From the NCBI RefSeq assembly GCF_009914755.1, contig NC_060934.1: DNA of 64,000 nt; one strand, given 5' to 3'. Of the stretch, positions 14,204-28,234 are shown in pieces; position 1 is the stretch's first letter; each line of letters begins with the position of its first letter. The translations under genes and the position numbers were made by a program. Below the pieces are notes generated by a model. That model did not search any database. It had not been told where the DNA came from and worked only from the letters and a program-made list of their open reading frames with translations. The DNA is from the human T2T-CHM13v2.0 reference genome, Homo sapiens.

Positions 14204-14739
14204 CAATAAGCACTACTATTATCCCTAATTTATATGTATAGGGGATTTGAGAGGTTAAAAATTTGAAATAATAAATACTTTACTTATGATCACAGACCCA
14301 GTAAGTAAAGGGCTAAATACAATATATAACATACCTTAGTCTGTCTGGCTTCAGTCCTGAAACATAGCAGGGACTTGACAAGTAAGTACTGGATGAATGA
14401 ATGAATAATGAAAATACATTTTATTTTCACATAGTTTCTGAGGCAAATTCATGATAGAGCCAGAATTTATGAGGCTGAATCTAGCATCATTGAATCAATT
14501 TGCAACTTTGCCTCTAACAGCTTAGATTCATCAGGCAAGGAAAAATCATGGAAAATTTCTGGAAAGACAACTGGCAATGAGGAAAGTGGTATTCTAGAAG
14601 ATCAATATGAAAAAAGAGAAACATTAGGATGAAGCTGGGCATTCCAAGCATGCTGCAGTGATGCAGGATTAAGGAAATGACTGAATCATGATACATGATG
14701 CTACCATAAAATTTTGATATATATGATAATGGCATTGAT

Positions 14740-15055
14740 TGAGTTGCTACAATATGATGGGCAATGCTACGTATTTTGCACATACTATCTCATGAAATCT
14801 TCAAAGCATCATTTGGTATAGGTACTATAATTATCCTTTTTCTGAATTTTTGCAATGTAGCAGGTACTGTGTTAAGTGATTTATTAAATTATTTCATCTA
14901 TGCAACAGTCTATAGTGAAAGGTACTATTGTTTTTCTGTTTTTGTGTATGAGGAAATTGAGCCCTGAAGATTAAGTAACTGGTCTAAGGCCACCCAGTAA
15001 GTGATGAACACAGCATTCAAAACAAGCCTAACTGAATCAAGAGTCTAGGTGATAA
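14740..15055 (-). mobile_element. MIR remnants
   Basis: GAGGAAATTGAG...TTAAGTAACTGGTCTAAGGCCAC MIR core. Confidence 0.6.
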
Positions 15056-15787
15056 CAAACAATCCATGTCTATCCCATTATTGTATATTCATACATTGTT
15101 TTGACCCCTACAACTTTTTAAAAATTAGATGTTAAAATGAGACTCTGAAAATGTGTGGTCATTTAGCTAATATTCAAACCCAGTCTTGATTATGATAAAG
15201 ATAATCATAAAGGAATATGAAACAAAATCTATTTGCCTTTAATGTACCTTATGGAATTCTCTAATCTTCTAGCATTAACAAAATATTAGGGCTTACAATT
15301 AAAATACTGAAAGTTCTTTGGGCTGTTTATTATATTGAAACATTTGCTATTTCCCATTGAATCGTATCATATTTATAATCTGAGAGCTCCCAGATACTAT
15401 TTACTGATGAGTTCACTAAAGGTAGAATTTCCAAAATGAGAGAATTAATCAGCAATTGCATGTTTGTTTTAATTGATATAAAATGTAAATGGAATTTACC
15501 ATTTTAACCATTTCTAAGTGTACGGTTTAGTGACATTAAGTACACACCTTGTTGTACAACATTGTTGCAAAACAGGATGATATATTATCTTGAAAGGAAG
15601 AAAAAATAATAAGAAATGCCATAGCAAATTAAAATATGTTTCATGGAAACATGGATTTAATAAAAAATAAATAAATAAAAATTTATAAATTATAATATGT
15701 TTTCCAAGTTGCTTTCCCATTAATTACATTAAGAATTTTCATCTGAGAGTCTGTGATGTCTGTACTAGCTTGATTCAAGTTGCATGG

Positions 15788-16668
15788 TGTCAATGAAAAA
15801 AGTCAAACTCTGTAAATATTTAAAGAGATTTATTCTGAGCCAAATGTGAGGAGCATGACCACAAGATAGCCCCAGGAGGTTCTGAGACCATGTGCCCAAG
15901 GTGTTTGGTTTATAGCTTAATTTTATACATCAGGGGGATAGAAACTACAGGCAGACATTAATCCATACATGTAAGGTGTATATTGGTTCAGTCCCGAATG
16001 GTGGAACAACTCAAAGTAGGGGGCTTCCAGGTCACAGGAGGATTCAAAGATTTTCTGACTGGCAAATGGTTGAAAGAGTTAAGTTATTATCAAAAGAGCT
16101 GGAATCAACAGAAAGGAGGATCTGGGTTAAGATAAGAGGTTGTAAAGAGCAAGGTTTTTGTTATGCAGATGAAGCCCAAATAGCTGGCTTTAGAGCTCTT
16201 ACTAGAGCTGAAAAGGTGCCAGACTCTTAGTTAATTCTCTCCTGAATCAAGGAAAAGACCTGGAAAGGGAAGGGGATTCTCTGCAGAATGTTGATTTTCC
16301 CCACAAGAGTCAGTTTTGCAGGGCCGTTTCAAAATATATCAAAGAAATATATTTTGGGGTAAAATAGTTTGGTTTCTTTCAGGGCCTGTTTGTTATCTTT
16401 CATCTGATGCTATAATAGAGTCAGATTGGAATTTGGTATCTCATTGCTACAAAGAGTCTGTTTTGTCAGTCTTAAGATCTCTGTTTAACGTTAATGCTGG
16501 TCAATTGTTCCTGAATTCTAAACGAAGGAGGGTACAATGAGGCATGTTGGACCTCCCTTTCCCGGCATAGCATAAATTAGTTTTTCATGTTAACTTTGGA
16601 ATGCCCTTGGCCAAGACGAAGGTTCATTTAGTTGGCTGGGCAATTTAGAATTTTATTTTTGGTTTATA
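15788..16668 (-). mobile_element. MER4-family (MER4D/E-like) ERV1 solo LTR
   Basis: TGTCAATGAAAAAAGTCAAACTCTGT at one end and AGAATTTTATTTTTGGTTTATA at the other; 4-bp TSD ATGG at 15784-15787 / 16669-16672. Confidence 0.88.
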
Positions 16669-18617
16669 ATGGGTTTGCACTGCCCCTCATCTATTGAACA
16701 ACAGAATCGCTAGAAACTATTGTTAAAAGTCTCAGTATCAGTGCAAATGAGGAGACTCAGAGAGAAGGAAAGCTGAGAGATGAAAGGAGCACCCTCCATT
16801 AGGAAGGAGAGCAAAGTTGGGCTGAAGACAGATTCTCATCAGGAAAAGATAACCCTACTCCTTAGGGACTGTAGTACAGAATCTCCATACTCTAGTAAAC
16901 TCTGACATTTGTTTTCCTTTCTTTTGCTGGACTTGGGCTTGTTCAGAGCACCATGCTGTGGCAGACAGATTGACACTCCCCTCATTCTGGTGATAATTAA
17001 CCTTGGCTCCCTCTATTAACAGCAACAAACACGGTTCAAAGACTGATCCAGAGCAATGAATCAGCAATTATTTACTTACTTCTTCCCAGCACAGTAGAAA
17101 TGTTTTGCTGTTACTAGAGAACTCAAAATTCAAACTGTATAATACAAAATTGTTACATTTAGGCCATAACGTTTTGGTTCTGTTAAATAATACAGAAGTG
17201 AGACTTTAAACAAGAAACTATAAAACTTCTGGACACTTTCAGTGATGGCTAATACATGCAAGTTGCCACTTAGGCCTCTCAACCAGGGCATACATCATGA
17301 TGGATCTTCTCACTCTGTCTCTTAAACCTGAACTAGGCTTTTACTCCCTAATAGTTATTTTTTTGTATGAAAAATTTGCCATTGCTGCTCTCGACCATGC
17401 AAATGTAACCCAAATACACACCAGGCATGATATAGTTAAAAGCAAAATTATATGTTCTAAAATATTTAGACAGTGGTCAAGTTATCACATAGTATAAAAA
17501 ATAATATAGAATAAGTCACTCTTTCATCAAACCAGCAGGCTTTTTCTTACCATATCTAAGGAAGTTCAAAGACATTTACTAATGCTTACTCACTGAATCA
17601 AGTGAAAAGGAAAAGCTAACCCAAGAACTTGCCACAAAGATTTTGCAAAACATGAGTATCCCATTTATTCAGGGACATTAAATGATTAAAACTAATATCC
17701 TGAGTTAAAATTACCAGGGGACATATTTAATGGAGGAAAACAAAGGCTTCAAGAGAAATCAATTGTAAAATAATCAATACTAAAATATGTACTCTGAGCA
17801 AGTCTTCATGCAAAGAGTCAGACTTGGTAATAAGGGCCCAAAGCAAATACGGACATATCAGCAGACATTAACCTGCTAGGAGACCAAGAAAGAGACCTCA
17901 AGTAAACGAGCATTGAAATAATTTTTTAAGCTAAACTACTTGAGAAAAATAAAGCCTAGTGAAGACAAAAACCAGCACTGATTTCAGAACAATTTTATAA
18001 CTTTTATACTTCATTGTATATGAAGACTGCAGAATGTGCATAGCTATTCAGAGATTAATTTCAGTAATTTTATAATGTTTTGCTTCATAATATCACACAT
18101 TTCAGAAGTCTTCTAAGATTTCATATATTGATTCCAGGACGGGATGGGCTGTATCTGATAATCAAAATCAACATTATGGATCCATTACTTTTATATTGTA
18201 CTGTGCAAATATAATTTTTAAAGTCTCATGAAAAATTTTAGCATTTTTTATTGCTATATATTATCTGGGTATCAGTAAGGTGTACATTGGTGTAGTAGTT
18301 AGCAGAAGCCAAAAATGGCTCAAAGGGATGAATAATCTACTGGAATGAGAAATTTGAAAGAGTGTACAAACCAAGATAATTCTATAAACACTGAAAAAGG
18401 AAGTCTGTGGGTTTCTTCCTAGTCACTGTTAATTCAGGTGACCTGGGTTGACAGTTAAGTGCACAAACCTGAGTCAGATGAACTGGGTTTGAATACAGCT
18501 AAGCAATCTTACAAAAGTACTTAAAATTTCTCATCTGGAGTTTTTCATTTTTAGAGGATAAAAATAATAAATCTACCTCGTTTGATTGTTTTGAGGGTTA
18601 AATGAAGTGAAGTGTTA

Positions 18618-18986
<369 letters not shown>

Positions 18987-19184
18987 CTACTATTACCTAC
19001 TAACACTACCTGTGAGACCACTCCTCTTTCCCTTTTAATCCAGTCAAGCTCAGTTCTTATCAGCTTGGCTTTAGCAGTTCTAACTCTGGTTTTAACACCT
19101 TTGTATATAAATGAGCACACAAATATGATAGAGAGAGAGTTGGAAGCAGGGAGCCTCAGATTTAAAGAAGAATTACAAAACTGT

Positions 19185-21768
19185 AATGCAATTATTGAAA
19201 CTAAAAAATTAGCTTTGTTACAATACTATTAACCAAAGTGCGAAATGTATTCAGGTTTCACCATTTTTTTCTGCTAAAATCCTTTGTATTTTCTAGGATT
19301 CAATCCGGAATTCTGCACTGCACTTAGTCCTCATGTCTCCTTAATCTCCAATCTCGATAGTCCCTTAGTCCTTTCTTATCTTCCATATGTTACCATTCAT
19401 TATTTTGTAGAATGTTCCTCAATTTGGGTTTGTATATCTGATTTGCTTTTTCATTTCTTATGAATATTTGCATTATTGGAAAGGATAGCACAGAAGTGAT
19501 GTTCTCTTCTCAGCGCATTGTATCAAGAGGCCTATAATATTGATATGTGTTATTGGGGATGTGCACCTTGATTATTTTGCTAAGTTGGTTTCTGCCAGGA
19601 TTTTCCCCTGGGGACTTACTCTTTCCCCTTGGCATTACTAAATATTTCAGGGAAGAAAATATGAGACAATGCACATGTCTTGTTTCTGTATTAAGTTTCA
19701 CTCATTCTTTTAGCATTTCTGCGTGGATCTTGCCTATGGCAATTATTACTGAGGGGTTTTAACAAGGATTTCATATTTTCCTCATTTTATATATATTTAT
19801 TAATTGAAATTTTTCTGTAGAATATTTTTATTTTTCTGCCATTAATTCAGTTATTTATTTATATTAATATGAACTCATATATTTATTTTATTCTCTGATT
19901 TATAATCCATTACTATACTTATTTTGTTGCTCAACTTATTCCATTACTGTCCATTGAGAGCTCTTTCAGATTAGTTCTTGTGCCCTTCTAATATGTCTCC
20001 ATCTTTTTTAGCACTTTCTTGAATTCTGGAAACAAAAGATGCTCCAGTATCACCTTGTATTTTCCCGCCCCAGCCCTGGAATCAACCAGTTCTCCAAAGA
20101 TTCTTTTATTATTATTATTATTATTGTTGAAGTTCTGGTGCCTGTATTGATATCTGGCTCTTTATTCTACAAACCAAGATCAGAGGTGTAGGTGTGCTCA
20201 TTGCTAATGATGTGCCATTGCTTTAAGCATTTATCAGTAGACAGAGCCAGGAAATGTAAGTATGTATCCCAACTTGTACATAGATACATATCCACATGTA
20301 TCTCTAAATATGATAATATTTATCTATTCATAAAATTATATAATTTTTAAATGAGTCTATATTGATACCTCTAACTCAGTCTTGTATAAGTTCATTCCAG
20401 CCTTTCCTATTGTCTTATTTGTAACTTCTTTTTCCAGTTATAACTTCCCTCTCATTATTTATATTTACTTATTGTCAATCCTAGCACACAAAGAAGTTCA
20501 TAATTTCTAGCCCATAGTCCTAAGAAAAATAAATTTACAAACTAAAGTCCATTGTTGGTATACATTTCTCTCTCTGGTCTTGCAATACCCAGTCACAATA
20601 CAGCCTTCCAAAGTTACTTAGCTCAGTCCCTTTCCTCTCCATCTGCTTAGGTGAGACTATGCAACTAATTTACAATACAATTAGATAAATTTGTCACAGT
20701 CTGCAAATTCCCCCTCCCCAACCTTTTTCACACATCCTAGTTTGATTTTATTTTTTCAATTGGTAAAAATCACTTTTTGTAGTGGGCAGTTTTAGGAGAG
20801 TTTTAACAGATATTATGCACCTCTCAGTCTCATTACCCCTGAAATTTTCTCATGTTACACCATTATAGCAACTACTTTCCCCATTTCCAATTTCTGGCGA
20901 CCACTGATCTGTTTTCCTCTCTATACTTTTGCCTTTTCTGGTGTTTCTTTTAATAAAATCAGGCAGTATATTGTCTTTTCAAGATGGCTTCTTTTTCTTG
21001 GCAAAATGAATCTAAGATTTATTCATGTTCATATGTGAATCAATAGGTCTTTTATTTTTCTTTCTAAGTAGTATTTCATTGTATGGTGTGTTTATCTTGA
21101 AAAAAATAAAAACAAAAATCAGCCCATAAGGTCTGATCTGATGTTCATAGTCAGGCCACAATGTTATTACAAACTGATCTGTGTTTATAGATAAGCCACA
21201 TTGTTCCCCTGTTGGACATAAACAATCTCACAGAATATACACTTCAGACAAAGCCATTCTGCAAGCCTCAAAATACAACATCCCAGTCTCTCCTTAAATA
21301 AGTAACTTCCAATTGTTTACCAGCTTTAGTTTTAACCATACTCATGTCTGCCTTCTGAATAGTTAAGATGTACTGAGATAATCATAGACTTGCTCCCAAT
21401 TTCTTACTACACCTTCAACAGAATGAACTTCTGCTTCCTTAGACGCTCTCCAAAATTACCCAACCAAAGGACAAATTACATAATTAGTTCTTCTTAACAC
21501 TATCTTACAGAGTTACCTCACATTTTCCTTTGGCGAGCATTCTCTTTTACCTCAATGACTAAAAAACCCTACGTGTTCATCTACAAGTATGTTCTAGTGG
21601 CCCTGGGCTGTAGAACATTGACAGTCTATCACTGATTGAAGGTCATCTAGATTGTTTCCAATTTTCATTGGTTATGAATCAAGTTTCTATAAGCATTGGC
21701 ATAGAAGCTTTTGCATGTTTTCACTTCTCTTGGGTAGAACCCTCAGAATTGTATTACTGGCTCATATG
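19185..21768 (-). mobile_element. Old L1 (L1MC-like) 3' region, interrupted by an LTR at 21098-21623
   Basis: Antisense L1MC-like 3'UTR motifs; ATTTCATTGTATGG...TTTATC resumes after the LTR as ...GAAGGTCATCTAGATTGTTTCCA. Confidence 0.7.
21098..21623 (+). mobile_element. ERV1 MER4-group solo LTR (MER67-like)
   Basis: TG...CA termini; GGACATAAACAATCTCACAGAA...CAGACAAAGCCA and terminal ...CATTGACA; near-TSD ATCT/GTCT. Confidence 0.6.
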
Positions 21769-21769
21769 G

Positions 21770-22046
21770 GACCACAGAGACTTTGAACAGCTAAAGCAAT
21801 AGTGAGCAGAAAGGAAAAAGTTGTAGGCATCAGACTACTTGATTTCAAATTACACTACCAAGCTATAGTAGCAAAAATAGCATGGTAGTGGCATAAAAAC
21901 AGACTCACAGACCAATAGAACAAAATAGAGAACCATGAAATAAATCCAAGAATGTACACCCAACAGATTTTTGACAAAGATGCCAGCAATATACATTGGG
22001 GAAAGGACAGTCTCTTTAATGAATGGTGCTGTGAAAACTGGATAGC
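21770..22046 (+). mobile_element. L1 ORF2 internal fragment
   Basis: GATTTCAAATTACACTACCAAGCTATAGT...GACCAATAGAACAAAATAGAG...GAAAACTGGATA. Confidence 0.85.
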
Positions 22047-22152
22047 AGTTTTTGGTTTCTGGTTACATGAACGAATTATATAGTGTTGAATTCTCAGATA
22101 TGAGTGCACCCATCACCCAAGTGGTGTACGTTGTACTCAGTATGTAGTTTCT
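22047..22152 (-). mobile_element. L1PB-like 3' end fragment
   Basis: TGGTTACATGAA...GTGCACCCATCACCCAAGTGGTGTAC. Confidence 0.65.
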
Positions 22153-22790
22153 AAATGAGTGAATGATGAGGTGATAAAAAATATTCATTAGAATGCTGCC
22201 TTGTGTTCCTAATATTATGAATAGAACTCTAATTCATAGATATTAGAACATGAATGTGTTAGTGTTTACTAAGAATTAGTGAGCATCTACATTCAAAAAT
22301 TTCTATTGCTCATTTATACTTGTTAAAGTAATAAATTTATCTTTAAAGTAATGAAATAAATAACAAGGATCAAGACCCGTTTAAATATTGCCAGCATAGG
22401 TATATAATAACGTCTTGGTATCTCACTTAAGTCCTAACTTTAAACAATGCATATGTGAGTTTTGGGTGCACTTTACCCTATGGAGCACTAAGGTCACTAT
22501 TTCTCACATATGTTTTGCAGCTGTTCTAGTACAAGAAAGCCTTAAAATTCTTGTGATTTGAGGCAGTTGGTTAACAGTTCATAAACAACATAACAGGGCT
22601 GCAATTGAAATGTATTCTTTTGAATCAAGAAGTTGAATATTTGTCAGCACTAAAACAAATACTTCCTTTAAAAAACACAATTTAGAAAATATTTTAAAAG
22701 GCTTTCTATCAGGTTTTAATAAATTCATTTTTACATCATAAAGTTGACATGTGGTCAACATTTGTTCTAAGAAAAATAAGATTTGTAAAA

Positions 22791-22791
22791 T

Positions 22792-22831
<40 letters not shown>

Positions 22832-22843
22832 CAGAGAGAGAGA
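22791..22843. repeat. (TG)n(AG)n microsatellite
   Basis: Visible. Confidence 0.95.
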
Positions 22844-22849
22844 GAAACG

Positions 22850-23260
22850 AAAGCCTCCAGCATATGGTAGTCATTGTGCTTGGCACTGGAAATATAACAG
22901 ACAAACTATATGGTTCCTGTATTCATGGAGCTTAAGGTTTAGGGTAGAAAATTGTAAACATTCACTTGTTATATAGTCTATTACTGCCCATTATTTAATA
23001 GGCAATTATAGCAGCATGGTAACTGCTATAACTGAGTGCTGTAGAAGCACATAAAAGGGGCACCCATTCTCTACCAGCAGTGAGTTGCAGGGCAGAGAGT
23101 GATTATGGCTGGCTTCCTGGTAGAGGAAGCCATGGCCAAATTGACGCTAGGCACAAAGTTTGAGTAAAAATCAGCTAGGTAGCCAGGGGTGCAGGTGGGC
23201 TGGGTGAGGGATTTGGCAGCTAATAGGGTTTGATGAGGAAAGGTCAACAAGAGAACTGAA
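22850..23260 (-). mobile_element. L2 remnant
   Basis: CATTGTGCTTGGCACTGGAAATATA...GGTTCCTGTATTCATGGAGCTTA pattern. Confidence 0.6.
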
Positions 23261-24184
23261 AGTACCTCAGAATAACAAGAAAATGGCTCCATATGATTAG
23301 ACACATTAGTATCTATTATTTGAGTTTAATCACCCAGTTTGTAGAATTATTATTTTATATGAAAATGATTTTATTAGTGAGCATAACTGTGATTTTTATT
23401 CTTCTCAATGTCCAAGACATTCTACAAAACTTGTTGCTAAGGGGTAATGTTTAGACACTTGCTTGTTATAATCCTACTGAATAGAGTGCTCACCTGCCAA
23501 ATTAAGTCATAACTTCATCAGCCCCGATAGTGTATTTTTCCAAGTATTTGATTTACTAAAGCAAAGTGGCTTGGGGGCTTATCAAAATAGATTACTTAAT
23601 CACACAATATATAAAAAAAAGTCATCTACATAGTAAAATATTGTTCATGTTGAACTGCACTGAAAGAATACTTCAGACCTTCACTGACAGGCACAATTCA
23701 TTCAACCTTTTTGAAAAAAATGTTTTAAACACACAAAAGAAATGAATAACTTTGAACTAGATCAGTAACTTGGAGAAACTGCAGTGATGAGAAAAATGTT
23801 AAATTCTTGCTCAGAGTATTAGGCTTGTAACTGCTGGGTGCTTTTATTTTTTTCATTATATTGAAAAGGAGGCAGTGATTGTTTCCTGAAAGCTAAGGGG
23901 AATACATGAAGGAAATGGATTTGATCCAGAAGGAGAAGAACAGTACTCAAATGGATTTGACATTTTTGACATTTAGTAAAATACCCTGCCTTGTTCTTTC
24001 TTTGTTGTGAGCACATGGAGTTACTGGAGTCCAAAATCCCATAAGTGGCAGGAGGAGTAGGCCTGGGGGTCCATGCTTTGTAATGAGAGATAATGACACA
24101 GGGAAGGCAGAGTAGAGTCACTGTGTCTCAAGTGAGATATTCTAGGTAAAATGAGATTTTAAAAGGAAATAAGAACATTATTAC

Positions 24185-24559
24185 TGCCTTGGTCTGTTGT
24201 GTACCACTATAACAGAATACTAAGCCTGGGTAGTTTATAAAGAACAGAGATTTATTTCTTACAGTTTTGGAGACTGGAAAGTCGAAGGTTGGGAAGCCTG
24301 CTATCTGGTAAGGGCCCTCTTGCTGTGTCATTTCATGGTGGAAGGTAGAAAGGCAAGAGAGGAGGAATGCAAGAGAGAAGGAAGGAAACCAAACTCATCT
24401 GTTTATGAGAACCCAATTCCATATGAATGTCCTTGATCCATTCATGAACACAGAGCCCTGTTGACCTAATCACCTCTTAAAACTCCCATGTCTCAACTTT
24501 TTTGATTGGGGATTAAGTTTCCAACACATGGACTTTGGGGGGCACTTCAAACCATAGCA
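24185..24559 (-). mobile_element. MST-type (MSTC/D-like) solo LTR
   Basis: CTATAACAGAATAC...TTCAAACCATAGCA; near 5-bp TSD ATTAC/ATTTC. Confidence 0.85.
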
Positions 24560-24849
24560 ATTTCGTAACTTAATTATATATCTTCTGAGACGTTTAGAAA
24601 AAAATACGTGTGGTAATATATTTATAAAATGTGGTCTACTACTAATAGAAAAGCTACTTCAAGTTCTTTTTGATAGGTTGTTAGAAATGAGATATCAGGG
24701 TTTTGTGTTTTTATTGCTGGAGTCGCTTATTTACAATCAGACCAGGTCAGCAACCACTGGCTGTCATTACTATCTGATGGTTGTAACTGATCTTATGAAT
24801 TGCGGCTACACCTGCCATGTTCTTCTCAGCAGAGACATTAAAGAAATGC

Positions 24850-24990
24850 CATATGTAGGACAGAATGACACTAGATTAGGGGTAAAGAGACTCAGGTTTT
24901 GGATTCCCACTCTGATGCAGATTAGCTGTTTGCCCTTAGGTAAGTCACCTAAATTGTATGAACTCTTGCTTAAACTCTCGAAATGAGAAA
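24850..24990 (+). mobile_element. MIR remnant
   Basis: AGAGACTCAGGTTT...AGCTGTTTGCCCTTAGGTAAGTCACCTAA. Confidence 0.6.
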
Positions 24991-26419
24991 GCTTTCCAGA
25001 TCTATAAGTTTATTATTTAAAAATTAAACCTTGAATTATACTACATTGACCACCAACAGCACAGTGGAAGAATTAATTAAAATCACAAACTAAAAGACAT
25101 TTCATTCCTTTCTCCGTCAAATAGGTTGTCAGAGAAGATAGTTAAAGAAAAGAATGAACTCAGAGGCAAATAACAAAGCTGCCTTGTGGCAAATGATTTA
25201 ATTGTCAGCAGGGCTGTCTGACAAGCTGAGTTGAAGAATAATGAAAGCCCTCTGGTTCCAAAATTTCATCACTGGGATTTTCAGCATTCAATGAATTGAG
25301 CCTAGCCACAGTTATAATTCAACAAGGTTGCAAATGGATGACCCATCCAACACACTCTCTTCTCTGCTAATATCAGTCCAGTACGTCAGTGTAGGCAAGT
25401 GCTCAGCCCAGAATAAGCCTGAAACCTTTACTCAGGAAAAAAGTAGGGCCATCTTTAATCTGCTATTTTTCATAACAGATGATCATTGATTTCATTTCTC
25501 TGTTTTTTTAATCTTACTTTCTTCCAACCAGTTAGTTCAGTTTTCTAATTAAAACAACTTATCTTTTTTAGTCAGTGCCTGTAAGAGTTATCCACTTAAA
25601 GTGGTTTTGAGTCACCATTTTGAGTCTACTTTATATTGTGCCTACTTATTCTCATTTTAATGCCAGGATTGCTTTAGTTAATTGTTCCAACCATAGGTCT
25701 GTTGCAATAAGATAGGACTAACAGACATTAGTTTTCAGTTCAATGGCTTAGTTGTCCCCAACCATTTCAAGTTTTTAATATATTGGACACACTATATGTG
25801 TTTGTGTGTGTGTACATTTGTGACTTCATGCATAATATGTGTGTCTGTGTGTGAAGGAAGAAAAAACACAGAGAAACAGAGAGACAAAGAGAGAGACTTC
25901 CAGGAGGAAGCAAGTTCTGAGATAGGTTGAATGAATCATCCTTCTCTTCTTACAGAGAGCCACCAATTTAATCATAAGCCCCCAATGTTGTTAGACATAT
26001 CAACTAAAAAATAAAAATAGCAGTTGAGAATTTAAAGTGAATATAGGTAAATATTAAGAAAAAAATAAAAATTTCACATAATTCATAACAGAGATAAATA
26101 GTAAGGCTTGAAAACTTATTTCAGAAACACAGACTCAGGCTCTTCAATTAGACTTTTAAAAATCATTTTTAATTATATCTAAAATTAATTCATATGAACT
26201 ACCTACCTCAATAAACCAAAAATACTCCCAGAGTTGTTTGAACAGAATTCCTTCTCAGGAAAACACTGTCAGAGACTCTTGGAAATTAGTATTTGCCAAA
26301 GCTTAGCCATCCCTGATACTGATTCCAGTCAACCATTTAAAACACCACAAAGATAAAAGACACCAGGCAGCCTGATGTCATTACAGTAATATTACAGGCT
26401 CTACACTGAGGATGTAGTA

Positions 26420-26471
26420 TTAGGTTAGTGCAAAAGGTATTGTGGTTTTTGCTATTAAAAGTAATGACAAA
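26420..26471 (+). mobile_element. Truncated MADE1 (Hsmar1-derived MITE)
   Basis: TA|TTAGGTTAGTGCAAAAGGTATTGTGGTTTTTGCTATTAAAAGTAATGACAAA: left TIR plus spacer; right TIR mostly lost. Confidence 0.75.
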
Positions 26472-26669
26472 GTAATAAAATTTAGGAACTAGCATTTATA
26501 TACAAGATTTTTTCAGTCTTTTGTTTGTAATTGTGAAATATTAGAAATTAATTATACAAATTACCAGTTTACACTTTTCACATACAAAAAAACAAATAAT
26601 AAAATTGTATTTTTAAAGAATTTCTAATTATGGGAAATACTAATGATATTTGAATTTAAGTAAAAAATG

Positions 26670-27872
26670 CAGTCATATACTGTATAATAACATTTTACTC
26701 AACAGCAGACAGCATGTACAACACTGGTTCCATAAGACTATAATGGAGCTAAAAAATTCCTATTGCTTAGTGATGTTGTAGTCATCATAAAGTCCGCAGG
26801 ACACTTCTCACATGTTACGGTGATGCCAGTGTAAACAAACCTACTGTGCTGCCAGTCATATAAAAATGTAGCACATGCAATTATGTACAGTACATAATGC
26901 TTGATGATAAAGGACTTTGTCACTGGTTTATGTATTTACTACACTATATTTTAATTATTATTTTAAAATGTACTCCTTATTTTTTTAAAAAAATTAACTG
27001 TAACCCAGCCTTAGACAGGTCCTTTGGGAGATATTCCAGAAGAAAGCATTGTTATCATAAGAGATGACAGCCCCGTGCATGCTGTTGCCCCTGAAGACCT
27101 GCCAGTGGGACAAGATGTGGAGGTGGATGACAGTGACATTGATCATCCTGACCCTCTGTAGGCCTAGGCCAATGTGTGTGTTTTTGTCTTAGTTTTTAAG
27201 AGAAATTTTACAAGTTCAAAAAAATTTAAAAATGTATAAATAGGAAAAAGTTTACAGAACAAGGATGTAAAAAAAAAATTTTGGTACAGCTGTACAATAT
27301 GTTTGTGTTTTAATCTAAGTATTATTATTAAAAAGTTAAAAAAATTTAAAAGTTTGTGAAATAAAAAAGTTACAGTAAGGTAAAGTTAATTTATTAGTGA
27401 AGAATGAAAAATATTTTTTATAAATTGTGTGTAGCCTAACTGTACAATATTTATAAAGTCTACTATAGTATACAGTAATGTTCTAGGCCTTCACATTCAC
27501 TTGCCACATACTCACTGACTCACCCAGAGCAACTTTTATTCCTGCAAGCTCCATTCATGGTAGGTGCCCCATACATGGGTACCATTTTTTAATCTTTTAT
27601 ACCATATTTTTATTCTACCTTTTCTATGTTTAGATATGTTTAGATACACAAATACTTACCACTGTGTTACAATTGTCTACAGCATTCAAGATAGTAACAT
27701 GCTGTAAAGGCTTGCAGCCTGGGAGCAATAAGCTCTATCACAGAGCCTAGGTGTACGCTAGGCTATACCATCTAGATTTGTATAAGTACCTTCCACCATG
27801 TTTATACAATGACAAAATCACCTAAAAAACACGTCTCAGAATATATTCCCATCATTAAGTAATGCATTATTA
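26670..27872 (+). mobile_element. Near full-length Tigger3b-like (Tc1/mariner) non-autonomous DNA transposon
   Basis: CAGTCAT...CCATAAGACTATAATGGAGCT start and ...CTCAGAATATATTCCCATCATTAAGTAATGCAT end; ~1.2 kb. Confidence 0.88.
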
Positions 27873-28234
27873 TATTTAAATTTTTTTAATGTGACATAAA
27901 CACCGCTGGATGGATAATTTTTACATTTAAAATGACTGCACATGTGTATATATATATACATATATGTGTTTATACAGATGTGTGCATATATGTGTATTTG
28001 TGCATGCACCTGCAAACACACATTTACCCCAAAAAAGGCTAAAAATAAACATGCGAGCAATATCAATACATGTTACCTTTAGGCAGTGGTGTCATAAATG
28101 ATTTTTAGATTTTTTTTCATTATTGTATTTTCTACGTTTTCTATAACTCTCAACTTTAACTTTAAAATTAAAAATAAATAACTTTAAAGCTCTCTGAGAC
28201 ACAGAATTAATTAGTTGCTCCAGTGTTTACCCAT

